Shown here piece by piece: positions 19,641 to 30,500 of a DNA stretch of 64,000 nt. Position 1 is the stretch's first letter; each line of letters starts with the position of its first letter. The notes beneath the pieces are model-generated. The model had not been told where the DNA came from. It saw only the letters and a list, made by a program, of their open reading frames with translations, and did no database searches. Source of the DNA: a virus. The position numbers were made by a program, and so were the translations under genes. Location of the stretch: IMG/VR virus record IMGVR_UViG_3300009136_000001, positions 15,024-79,023 of that record, one strand, 5' to 3'.

Positions 19641-20055
19641 GGACGACATACAGCTCGATTTCTCAGCTCTCATTGAGGATTACGAGGATTGTAACGGCAC
19701 TGGGATGTCAGTCCCAGAAGCGAAGTACTTCGTCGAGCGTATGCAGCTATCTGTGAAGCAACGGATGGCTTACCGCATGAAAGACAGCTTTATGTATATT
19801 TGTTACGAACCAAAGGACATACGTATCTTATCTTTGGGGTTAAATGATACCCCTATCAACGATGCCTATTTTCTGGCGTCATTGCTCAAGAAGCATAAAC
19901 CCTATAGCTTCATGCCGTTGGGTCGAGATATCCGCAAATTACTGCCTTTTCTGAACCGTGTGAGCCATAAAAAATGGTTCCACAATCATACCCCGAGCAT
20001 CAAGCTACTGGGTTACGAGCAGCTGGACGATCTACTGGAGTACCTCGATGTCTGA
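19606..20055 (+). CDS. Hypothetical protein
   Basis: 149-aa ORF overlapping the gp53 start. Confidence 0.5.
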   Translation: MKTYPSIVFATEDDIQLDFSALIEDYEDCNGTGMSVPEAKYFVERMQLSVKQRMAYRMKDSFMYICYEPKDIRILSLGLNDTPINDAYFLASLLKKHKPYSFMPLGRDIRKLLPFLNRVSHKKWFHNHTPSIKLLGYEQLDDLLEYLDV

Positions 20056-22714
20056 CGCACTCGGTAGTATTTGGGATGCGTTTAGCGATCTTGTAGCTGA
20101 TGCGATCGATGTTATCGGTTCTGTCGTAGAGGCTCTATGGAAAGAAATCGTAGCTCCGATTTTTGAAGAGATCATGAACTGGCTGGGGTTTGAAGACCAG
20201 ACCCTTGTCAACGGCTTCGTTGTCATCAACCGAACCATGACGGAAACATGGCAGCATCCGTACAAGCAAGCTGTCATCAGTAAGGTTACCAATGATACTC
20301 AGATCCGTGATGAGATCATGAACGTGTTCCTCACCGGGTACCAGCAGCGCATTAAGCATTACATGAACTATGGTGAGAACACTTACTACTATGGTTTACC
20401 CACTGCCAGCTTTGCCATTCTGTCCGTCAAGGAAAGTGTGGTCAAAAGTATGATCGAGGCTGAAGAGGGTTACTCGATTGTTATCAATAACCTGACACTG
20501 AGCAGCGCTAACGAAGATTTCCATGTCCACCAATGGATGCAGGATAACCTGGTTGGAGCCAGCCCGTATCGATTCACTGGTGGATTCAATTACATTACCG
20601 TTGTTGCAACAGGACAAATCCATTACATAACAGATATCGTGTGGGATGCTACATCGATGAAGTACGATGTGGACACCTACTACTACACTGAGTACTCCTA
20701 CGGGATTGAGACAGCGGTGAACTCACTGGTAACTGTGAACGATGACTACGACATGAGCTATGTGGTTTCCACTGCGCTCCTGCAACCCCTGTCACCGTCC
20801 TCTACGTACAGCATGGATGATGTAAGCGATCCTCAGGTCGGTATAGTTGATACTGCTGTGCACAGAGAAACTCCCTCTCTGGCAGGCGAATCTGTAGGTA
20901 TCGTCACCACTGCTATCGTAGACGCTATCCCGACTGTCCCAGCGGGAACAGGCTGGGATCATGGGCAAGTGTCCCAGACCTTTCAGGATATGATCGATCC
21001 GATGCCTGCAATCGGCAGAGGGTACGAAGTAACATACGTTCCGGTCAGTGATCAGTCTACCGGGGCATTGCGCTACTGGTCATACACGCTCTACAGCGGT
21101 GATACAGATAACCCATCACTATACGATACCACTCCATCTGTCGGTACTGACATAGCGAAGATCCTTCCCGTGGTTCCGCTCAAGATCAATAACGTATTCC
21201 AGGAAGCCGGTCATGGGATATCCCCCACAACCAAATACACTACTTCCAAGACCCTCCTGAAGAAGGTCAACATGCAGATGCCTGATCTGATCCAGGGCTT
21301 GAAGGATACGGTACTGGCAGAGAATACTGAGATCAAGGATGCATTCCTTGTCTTCGGTGTTGACCTATCCATCGCTGGATCCAGTGCCACCAATAAATAC
21401 CTGTATGAATTCGTTAACGAGACCATTGTCGGTATTGGTGGAACGTGGGCAAATTACCTGCTAATTAAAGCCGACCTGGATGACATCAATGGTGGTACGG
21501 GGAGCCAAGACGACATGCTCGATAAGTACATCGGTAACGGTTGGGAGACTCGGGAAATACCAGCGTACGTTACAGCATGGATGGATTACTATCAGTCCGG
21601 GCCAAATCATGATGCATGGTCAGACTATTACGATGAGCTACGATTGGGATTAGTCACACGAGTCAGTAAAGAAATCAACAGCATCTATGGTTCCTCTAAG
21701 GTCAAAATGCTTGTGAAGGAAGACGCATACAATGTGAACTTCTCATTCCAAGCCATTGAAGACAGCATAGTTAATGGCGTCATTGGGGCTGTCGGCACGT
21801 ATACCAGTTCTCGATCAGCTACGAATTACAAGCTCACATTACGTAAGCAGATCAACGGTACTCAGTACGGACAGATTATTGTTTACCTGGTTCAAGGCAT
21901 GACTGTTTTGGATCTGCCTGGTAACGAGGTGCAGCTCTCCAAGCTGGACTTTGTTGGTTCCGATAACGGTGGCACGAATGTCAAAGACAATATGCTCCTG
22001 CCTATGTCATGGGGGATCATAAAAGATCACTTCGGCCCAATTGAGATGAAGCAGCTCATCTACGAGACAATGCACCTCAACATCTTCGGGATCCAAGTCA
22101 CTAAGCTTCGGTATTATGAAACTGCTGCATTCCAGGATTTCTTAAAAATCGTAGTGTCCATCGTAGCAATCGTGTACATCGCATTCACCCGTGATGTTAC
22201 AGGTGCTGAGTTTCTCTGGGCATTGGCTACCAACTACGCTTCCGCTATTGCTATTGAGTATGTAATTACTCAGATTGTTCTGACTAACCCAGATAGCAAA
22301 TTAGCTATCGCACTGGCTACAACCTTCGCAATAGTGGCTGCAGCATACACTGGACAGGGTGTAGAGACTGCAATTGACACAGCTTTGCTGTCAATTAACG
22401 CAATGAGTCAAGTTTCTACTATATATGTTGATGTAAAGTCTGATATATTGCAGGATGAAGCATCGGATTTTTTAAAGACCTCAGCTGAGAAGCAAGAGGA
22501 GCTGGACAACAAGTTTGCAGAGATACAGGAACACCAGGACTATATTAATTCGATCAAACGTATTATCATTAACAAGTTCGAAACATCCGATGAATTTTAC
22601 CATCGTACCGGGAACGTAGAACTTCCTGAAGAGATGCTCGATCTTGACCGACTATTGAAGCTCGACATGTTTTTCGAAGCTCCAATTGTAAACACTACCG
22701 AACAGGAAGCATAG
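20048..22714 (+). CDS. N4 gp53-like virion protein
   Basis: YYYGLPT, LPVVPLK, DAFLVFGV, NKYLYEF, C-terminal TM helices; matching synteny and size. Confidence 0.8.
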   Translation: MSDALGSIWDAFSDLVADAIDVIGSVVEALWKEIVAPIFEEIMNWLGFEDQTLVNGFVVINRTMTETWQHPYKQAVISKVTNDTQIRDEIMNVFLTGYQQRIKHYMNYGENTYYYGLPTASFAILSVKESVVKSMIEAEEGYSIVINNLTLSSANEDFHVHQWMQDNLVGASPYRFTGGFNYITVVATGQIHYITDIVWDATSMKYDVDTYYYTEYSYGIETAVNSLVTVNDDYDMSYVVSTALLQPLSPSSTYSMDDVSDPQVGIVDTAVHRETPSLAGESVGIVTTAIVDAIPTVPAGTGWDHGQVSQTFQDMIDPMPAIGRGYEVTYVPVSDQSTGALRYWSYTLYSGDTDNPSLYDTTPSVGTDIAKILPVVPLKINNVFQEAGHGISPTTKYTTSKTLLKKVNMQMPDLIQGLKDTVLAENTEIKDAFLVFGVDLSIAGSSATNKYLYEFVNETIVGIGGTWANYLLIKADLDDINGGTGSQDDMLDKYIGNGWETREIPAYVTAWMDYYQSGPNHDAWSDYYDELRLGLVTRVSKEINSIYGSSKVKMLVKEDAYNVNFSFQAIEDSIVNGVIGAVGTYTSSRSATNYKLTLRKQINGTQYGQIIVYLVQGMTVLDLPGNEVQLSKLDFVGSDNGGTNVKDNMLLPMSWGIIKDHFGPIEMKQLIYETMHLNIFGIQVTKLRYYETAAFQDFLKIVVSIVAIVYIAFTRDVTGAEFLWALATNYASAIAIEYVITQIVLTNPDSKLAIALATTFAIVAAAYTGQGVETAIDTALLSINAMSQVSTIYVDVKSDILQDEASDFLKTSAEKQEELDNKFAEIQEHQDYINSIKRIIINKFETSDEFYHRTGNVELPEEMLDLDRLLKLDMFFEAPIVNTTEQEA

Positions 22715-22715
22715 C

Positions 22716-23315
22716 ATGGCACAACAGCAGACTTCATTTCTCCCTACTGATTTCGGAGCAAATGCGAATCTTAACCTTGGCAACCAGCAGACTCCGTTTG
22801 GTATACCAGACTTTGCTGCCAATGGCGGAGCACAATCAACTCTCTCACCGCTGAACTATCAGGTACCGACAAATTACATGGATGCTGCTGGAGCAGACTT
22901 CACTGGTCTCAGTGATATCCCCGGTCAAGGTGGGCCTGGAGGAGATTTACCTGGATTCAATTTTACTGACTTCCTCTTCGGGAAATCTGAACAAGGTGCA
23001 GACGGTGCTGTTATGAATACCCCCGGAGCACTCAAACCGATATCCAGTGCACTTGGATCAGTAGCTAATATCTACTTCGGTATGAAGAGCCTGAACATGG
23101 CTGAAGACCAATTCGATTTCCAGAAGGAAGCGTTCAACAAGAACTTCGACGCCAATGCTCTATCCTTCAACAACCAGGTTCAAGGCCGGTCAGACGCGGT
23201 AGCCAACGCTACCTCAAATGCTGATCTCGGTATCGCCAATGATGCGACTCCTGCACAGCGAGCAGAAGCGGAAGCTGCATTCTCTAAACAACGCTCAGCA
23301 GGGAAGACCCTCTAA
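22716..23315 (+). CDS. N4 gp52-like ejection protein
   Basis: IYFGMKSLNMAEDQFDFQKEAFNKNF...FNNQ motif. Confidence 0.8.
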   Translation: MAQQQTSFLPTDFGANANLNLGNQQTPFGIPDFAANGGAQSTLSPLNYQVPTNYMDAAGADFTGLSDIPGQGGPGGDLPGFNFTDFLFGKSEQGADGAVMNTPGALKPISSALGSVANIYFGMKSLNMAEDQFDFQKEAFNKNFDANALSFNNQVQGRSDAVANATSNADLGIANDATPAQRAEAEAAFSKQRSAGKTL

Positions 23316-24589
23316 TGCCTGAATTCGGAAATACATTCCGCCCAGTAGCGGTACAGTTGAATGACCCGACTGCCGGTATTGCCCGAGCAGGACAGTTGTT
23401 CGATCGAGCAGTTAAAGGTTTTGGTAGCATCCAAGATGATGTGACCGCTAACCGTGATGCCAACGTTGCGAGTCAGACCGAAGCCAACACTGCCAAAATC
23501 ATATCTGAGATCCAAGGTAACCGTGATCTTGATTCCGTGGATCAATCCTCAGCTGACATCATCTCCGGCCTGTCCGGTCGATTCGATGGTGACGTTAACA
23601 CTGGTGGCTTTGATCTCAAAGCTATCAATCAGGCTGCCAGCGATCACCGTGCTGAACTGCTGGATACCAAGACCAGTGAAAGTGCGTTGGTCACTGAAGG
23701 CTTAAAGCAGCAGAACGAACAGTTCGATGTGGATAACAACCAGAAGCGATTGAATTCTACTCTCGCAGCACAAAGTGCTCAGGTAGCTTCGTCCAATGCA
23801 CAGACTGACCTGTCCAAGCTGAACACTCGTATTGCCACTGCACGTATGGACAAGGTTGAGTCTGACGTTGCACACACTGAAGCCCTGTCACAAACATTCC
23901 TGAACTTCCCGATATTGACCGGGGAGAACAAGACTGCCACTACCAAGGATTTCGCTCAAGCGATGAGTCGATTCCGTGCTTCCGCCCTGAAAGCAGGTAC
24001 TCCTCCGGACGTACTGAAGAAGTTCTTTGAAGACACTGGTTTGATCGATCCTTCTACTGGTTCTGCAAGTGCCTCTGGTCTCCATCGTGGTATCACTCTC
24101 CAGAATAAGAACCTGGAAGCCATTATCGATGAAGACCTGAGTACCATGGATGGGTTAAATGGTAAGGGAGAAGACTATGGTTCTAAGGTAAATGAGGTTA
24201 TACTCCGTCAAGCAGGTGGAGATCTCGACGACGATGAACTTATCGGATTCGCTGGCGAAGACGTACTCCCGGAATTTCTGGAGATCATGAGTGATCTGAA
24301 CAGCAAGCTTCCGGTAGATAGCAAGAACCAGTTCACCATGCAAGATGTATACGCAGCAATGACCTCAGAAGATGTCGGTTTCTCCGCTGATCTCATTGGA
24401 TCAGGTGGTTCAATGGACGGGGATAAGATGAGGTCTGGACTGAAGAAAGCAGGTGAGAAGCGTCATGCAGCAAAGGCGAAGCTCCAAGCTAAAATAAAAG
24501 CGAACCAGGCACAACAAAAAATCCTGGCAAATCAACTCATTACCCATGCGTATCAGCAAGCAGGAGCGGGTAACCCTTTAGGTCAATAA
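23315..24589 (+). CDS. N4 gp51-position ejection protein
   Basis: Helical, Cys-free, immediately before the vRNAP. Confidence 0.6.
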   Translation: MPEFGNTFRPVAVQLNDPTAGIARAGQLFDRAVKGFGSIQDDVTANRDANVASQTEANTAKIISEIQGNRDLDSVDQSSADIISGLSGRFDGDVNTGGFDLKAINQAASDHRAELLDTKTSESALVTEGLKQQNEQFDVDNNQKRLNSTLAAQSAQVASSNAQTDLSKLNTRIATARMDKVESDVAHTEALSQTFLNFPILTGENKTATTKDFAQAMSRFRASALKAGTPPDVLKKFFEDTGLIDPSTGSASASGLHRGITLQNKNLEAIIDEDLSTMDGLNGKGEDYGSKVNEVILRQAGGDLDDDELIGFAGEDVLPEFLEIMSDLNSKLPVDSKNQFTMQDVYAAMTSEDVGFSADLIGSGGSMDGDKMRSGLKKAGEKRHAAKAKLQAKIKANQAQQKILANQLITHAYQQAGAGNPLGQ

Positions 24590-24592
24590 CCC

Positions 24593-27500
24593 ATGGCTTT
24601 TAGTACGAACTTTAAGGCAGTTAACTCTGCCTTTTTGCAGATAGGTAAGTCAATAGAGTTAGCTGAAGGCACGGAACGAAAGAAAGCTCAGCTCGACTTC
24701 AAAACTGAGAAACTGTCGCTCGATAAAATTATCGATGGCGATACTGTCCTCATCACCAATCCTGACGGGACTACCCGTAAGATGCGCCTTGCCAATGGCG
24801 GCACAGGTCGCTCCCTGGATACCTACGAAACATTTAAAGATCTGGAGACCATGGATCCGGAGATGCGGGTTCGCATGGAATCCAAACTCCTCAGGCAACG
24901 TGGTGCACTCGCCAGAGAGCGTGGCGTAGATCTGGATGATGTCACCAACGAGAATGTATTCGAGCAAGGTGAGAAAGGCAGAGCAGCCCTGTACCAATCT
25001 TTATTGGATGGGCAGAACCCAGAAGATCTGGGTGGGCCACATGATACATCCCCCCTATTTGAATACGCTGACCTTGGTACCGAAGGTAAGTACAAGCGTG
25101 CGCTCGGGCTGACCCGGAACAGATCCGGTGTCATATCCAACCTCGCTCTCAATACTCCTGAGCTGAATGCCGCATACGGCAGTGACTACAATGCTGTCGG
25201 ACGGCAAGCATACTCTCAGGCGATCGAAGAACAGGAACGAGCCGCTGCAAAGCGACGGGCTGAAACTGGACTGTCAGACGAATTCGCTGCCACTGGTGTC
25301 GGAGCGGTCGTTGATACTACAGGTAGACTCGCTGCCGGAGCGCAGCACGTTATCGGTATGGTTGCTGATCTACCGTTGGCTGGGATTGAGTGGATGGCTG
25401 ATGGTCTTGAGCCTAATCCAGAGCTTGAAGGCACAGATGGTTACAATGAGCTGGTACATAATATTACCCAGTTCAAAAAGCAAACCAAAGAGAATCGCTC
25501 AGCAGTCGCTAAGCTATTTGAGGGTGGTACCAAATTCTGGAAGTCGTTCACCAACGATAAGAAAGTTGAAGAGACCATGGCTTCGCTGGAGAAAGCCTGG
25601 GATCACGATCGATTTGCATCTGACTTTGCCGGTATCCTGGTTGAGAACCCCCATGCTACTTTGCAGTTCCTGGGTGAATCCATACCGTTCATGTACACAG
25701 CTGCCAAGAAGGGAGCTGCTCTGCCGTTTGGTGCAGCGTTCACTGGTGAGAATTATAAAGCTGGTGTAGAGCTGTATGAAGCCACATACGACAAAGCTCC
25801 CGAGACTGAAGAGAAGGCTTTGATCCTTGCTGGTGCCGGATTCATTGCCGCAATGAACAGTGCTGCATCCAAGTACGTAACCGGCGAAGAAGGCATGAAG
25901 ATCATGCTTCGTAAGCTTGGTTTCAAAGGTATGAATTCTTTCATGACTCAGACAGCTGCTAAGCTGGGTGCCAATATCCCTGCTGGTCGGTTGAAGAGCA
26001 TGAGCGAGATGCTACTGAAAACCTCAGTCACTGCACTGACGCCAGCTGCACAGCTTGCTACCCGAGGTGCTGTTGAATTTGTACAGGAAGGATCTGAAAG
26101 TCTGATCACTAAAGGTTCAGTGTTCCGTGATTTCAGTCAAACCTTCACTGATTCTAATCTGAAAGAGGCAGCCGTATCTGGTGCCATTGGTTTCGGTACT
26201 GGTGCGACAGCTGGCCCCACGTTCCAAGCAGCAGGGGTGGTGAAGCTCGCCGGGATAGTAGGCAAGCAGACAGTCGAGAAAGGTGTTAAAGCCGCTGAGA
26301 ACATCCCCTTCAATCGTGACGTAGCGAACTTCCGTGTTGACCAAGGTGATGAAGTTGTCAGTGGTGGTACCGCTGAATCCCTGCTCCGGGAAATCAATGA
26401 AGAGTTTGCTGTCTTTGAGAGCGAAGCAGAAGCCAACGAGTTAGCCAACAATCCTCAGGAATTCGAAAGACGTTCAGCTCAACTGATGGCGAAGACCATG
26501 GATCTTGCTACCCATCTCCAAAAGATGGATAAGAAGACTCGTGCCAAGAATCCTGAAATGCAGGAAGCTGTTAACAAAGTTGTATCAGCTATCAATCTGC
26601 AGAGTGCCGCCGATGCTAACGCGAAGGTGGAACAAATTGAGAACCTACTGGCTTCGGAGAACGTCGATGAACAACAGCAGGGTATTGACCGGGTACTGGG
26701 ATCGAGTGAAGAGGCTCTTTCGGTCTCCACCGAAACGATCGATAAAGCAATCGAAGTATCCCCGAATGAAAGTGTCACCCAACAACTCAACGAGATCAAG
26801 CGAAAGAAAACTCTCGAAGAAGTAGCGGAAGACGTACTCCGTGGTAAGCCTGGATCTGGTTTCATCGGTGTGAAGAATCGTCAGTACATCGCAGAGCGTT
26901 TGCTAAAATCAGGCGATATTGACGGAGCCAATGAGCAACTTGCAGAAATACGCAGATTCCGGGAAGTACATGGTGAGAAAGCCACCACTCTGATCAATGC
27001 TCAGAAGCAGTTCAAGGAAACTGGTCGAGGACAGACGGTAGAGATCGGTGGGCAGAACTTCTTTGTCGATGCCAGGTCGAAGAAATTAATCAACCAGGTC
27101 AGAGCTGAAGTCTTTGCCTTGAATGAAGTCGGTATGGCTTTGAAGAAAACCATCGCTGATGCACAGGTGAACACTCCTGAAGTAGAAGAGACCCAATCTG
27201 AGACCGAAGAGACCCAAATTGAGACCCCTGTCACAGCCCCTGCTGCTGTACAAGGGCTTGTAGTTCCTACTGCCAGCGATATTAGCACTCAGCTTAAAGA
27301 GGCTCGTAAGGGCAGCACAGACGCTCTCAAGCGCTTGCAAGAGCAGGCTGAAGTATTAGCCCAAGCTGGGAATAAGAAAGTTGCCAAGAAAATAACCGAT
27401 TCTATTAAAAAGATCGAGGAAGCAGCGACTGCGGAGCGCGAAGCAGCGGAGCAGGAAGCGGCTGACGAGGCGATCAACGACTCCATTCCAGATTCTGGAA

Positions 27501-30500
27501 TACAGAATGAACTTGAATTGAAGCGAGGTGATTATGAATTACTGGACGTACTCGAAACAAGTAAATCCAACAAGCGTACTCCGTTGGATGTACCGGCAAG
27601 CAACAAGCTTATACAAGCATTTAATTTTACCAGGGTTACATTATCTACATTTTTTAGCCGCAGTGCTAAAAGCAAAGCTAATGAAGCTCAGGAACCGATA
27701 GACGAGACTGATGCTGAGCACCTTGAACTCCTGAATGAGCAGTTCAAAAAGTACAGAAATATAGCCAAGCGTTTACCGAAGTTGGTCGGCAAAGAACTGA
27801 AAGCATTGCAGACGTTCACCAACAAGCAGGGTAAGCAGGTGAAAGCTGGTGGTCATGGTGATGACATCATGATGGACATGGCTGCACTACTGCTGGAAAC
27901 TGACAAAGATGGTAACCTGATGTTACCTGATGACGTTATCCTTGCCTCATTTATGGGCGCGATGAACTGGATGACTCACCAGAGCAAGGCTACCCTGTGG
28001 AATGACGACAAGCTGATAAACCAGCAGCTCTCACAAGCACCGAATTCTACTCTCACCAGTGAGCAGAAGCGTTTAATGAGGGAGCGCGGTAGCAAGCGTG
28101 ACTTCGTTGCCAAGACAATCGGTACTGACATATTTAATTCCTTGGCATTGAAAGCTGATACTTCTCAGCCGCTCGCCAGAGAGAAGATGATCATGTCCCT
28201 CGGGCTGTTCGCCACCAAAGTAATGTCCGCCATGGAAGAAGATGGTGACAAGTGGTTGACCGAAGATAGCGTATTATTGGAGAATCTTGCCAATGTATCC
28301 AAGTCCTCAGAAAAAGTACAGGAGAAAGCAAGCCAAGTCTTCTTCATGCGGATATCCCCGGACTCAAAGAACAATCTGCAGGAAGCCCCTGGTCTGACGA
28401 AAGTGATCGACCAGTTTTCTGCAGCTATGCCGACAGCCCGTAAGCTGTTCAATCTGGAGAACTACGAGCGTAAGCCTCGATCGAAGCCCAGCAAGAAAGT
28501 AAATGATGCTCCTCGGGGTAATTTATTCAAAGCTGGAGCTACTGCTCTGGCTCGGGTACTGCATCTGCAGCAGGTACCGTGGACTATGAATGCCACTGGT
28601 GACCTGACAGCCAAGTTGTCTGATGGGTTACTGAAGTCCATCTCTGGATATACGGAAGATGTTGCCACCACTGTGCACATTACACAGCAGGGTGCTGTAG
28701 CAGCGGTCAATCGCCAGATTGATGATGGTATTAAGTACGCCAAGGAAATGCGGGAAGCTTTAGAAGACCCGGCATCCGGATTTGAAAATGGCGAACTGTT
28801 CTTTGATTACGAGATCTGGAGTAACAGCCGGGTCGGTATGACCAGCAATACCTTCGATCCTCAGAACAGCAAGTATCACCGACACATTGTATCGCCGAAG
28901 AGCCACAAGACTACGGTGAACAGCAAGCGTAGGTTAGCAAACTTTAAGCGAGGCATAGCACTCGCATTTGATTACTCGGACAAAGGAGCCGCAGATGACT
29001 TTAAAACTGGTGCACAGCTCGAAGGAACCCTTAGTTCAGTCGAAGAAGAATTCGACCGGATCATCCACGACCCCAAGGTTCGCGCTGCGATCAGTGCAAT
29101 CCGCGAAGTGCAAGCCCAGGAAGGTGCCGCATCCGAAGCGCAAGAAAGGATTATCCTTTCAGCAGTCGGGGATTCCGACACCAAGTTCCACGGACTTGAA
29201 GCGCTTGTGGAATTATCATCAGCGCTCGGTACTCGGTTCGGCCTAAAGAAATCTTTCACTACTACCCTGTCAGTTGAGACTGATGGCGTAACGTCTGGGG
29301 TTACACTGGGTCTGATGCAGGCTCCGATCGTAAACAATATCCAGACCTGGCTGGCTCGGGGTGGAATATTCCTGAACGGGAATTTCACTAACCTCGGTGA
29401 CGCACGGGAAGCTATCCCAACCGACTCCTACCAGCAGCTGGTTCTCGATGCAGTCAAAATGCTGGAACAGGTGAACCCTGCCGGACTCGAACAGGTTGAA
29501 GCGATTCTGGGTAAGCTGACCGAAGATGGGGCAGTGACCAGCGTAGGTCGTAACCTGATGAAGAATCCTCTAATGGTTTACTCCTACGGAGCAGGTGAGT
29601 TCGCAATTAAGCGACATATGGCGGGAGCAATCCAGACAGCTCTGTATGAGAAGCTGGCGGAAACAAACGGTGACAAGGAAGCAATGGACGAGTTGTCGCA
29701 AACCGTTTCTGCACTTATGCGACAAAACGTTGTCTTTGAAGATCACCTTACTTCCGAGTTCAGCAAGTCTGAGCAGGAAGCATTCGACAAAGCAATCTAC
29801 GATTCGATCGGTGATGCGACTGTATCTTCCCTGGATCATAATTTTAAAGAGATGGCTGACCAGCGCAAAGTTCTGCTGCAGGCATTGAGTATCAGTTTCC
29901 ATACCTTCGAGATGAAGTACATCGAGGCAGTCCAGAAGTACAAGGACTCCAATGGTATCACGAGTCAGTTCCTGAGCAAGGAGCAGAAGAAAGAAGTCCT
30001 GAACCGGCCTGATGTTAAACCGTTCATTCCTTATTTCAATAGCCCGTACGGAACCAAGAACCGGGAATCTGCGGTCTCAATACTCGCCGAAGAGATTGTA
30101 CGGGGCATCATTAATGACGAGAATCGTGGAGCATCTTTCTTCACTCCGACGGTCAGTAATCGAATTCCATCGTACACAAGTGACACTTCTGGCTCACAAG
30201 TCGGTCAATCTGGTCAATCTTCCTCCGCTCTTGTTAAGAATAAGCGCTACCGGGTAGACGGTGTAGCAGCCCTGCCGAAGATGATTCACACTTTGGATAG
30301 TACACTCATTCTGGATACCCTGAACAAGTTTGATGGGCTGAACATTCATGATGCTGGCATGTACAGTGTCGACAGTGTGGACAATGCTACCAAGCTGTAC
30401 AATCAGAAGGTATTCGAGACAGGTCGGAACTACTCGTTGATCGGTGACATAACCCAGATGGTTACAAACCAGACCAGCAAGCTGACCGAGGAAGAAAAGG

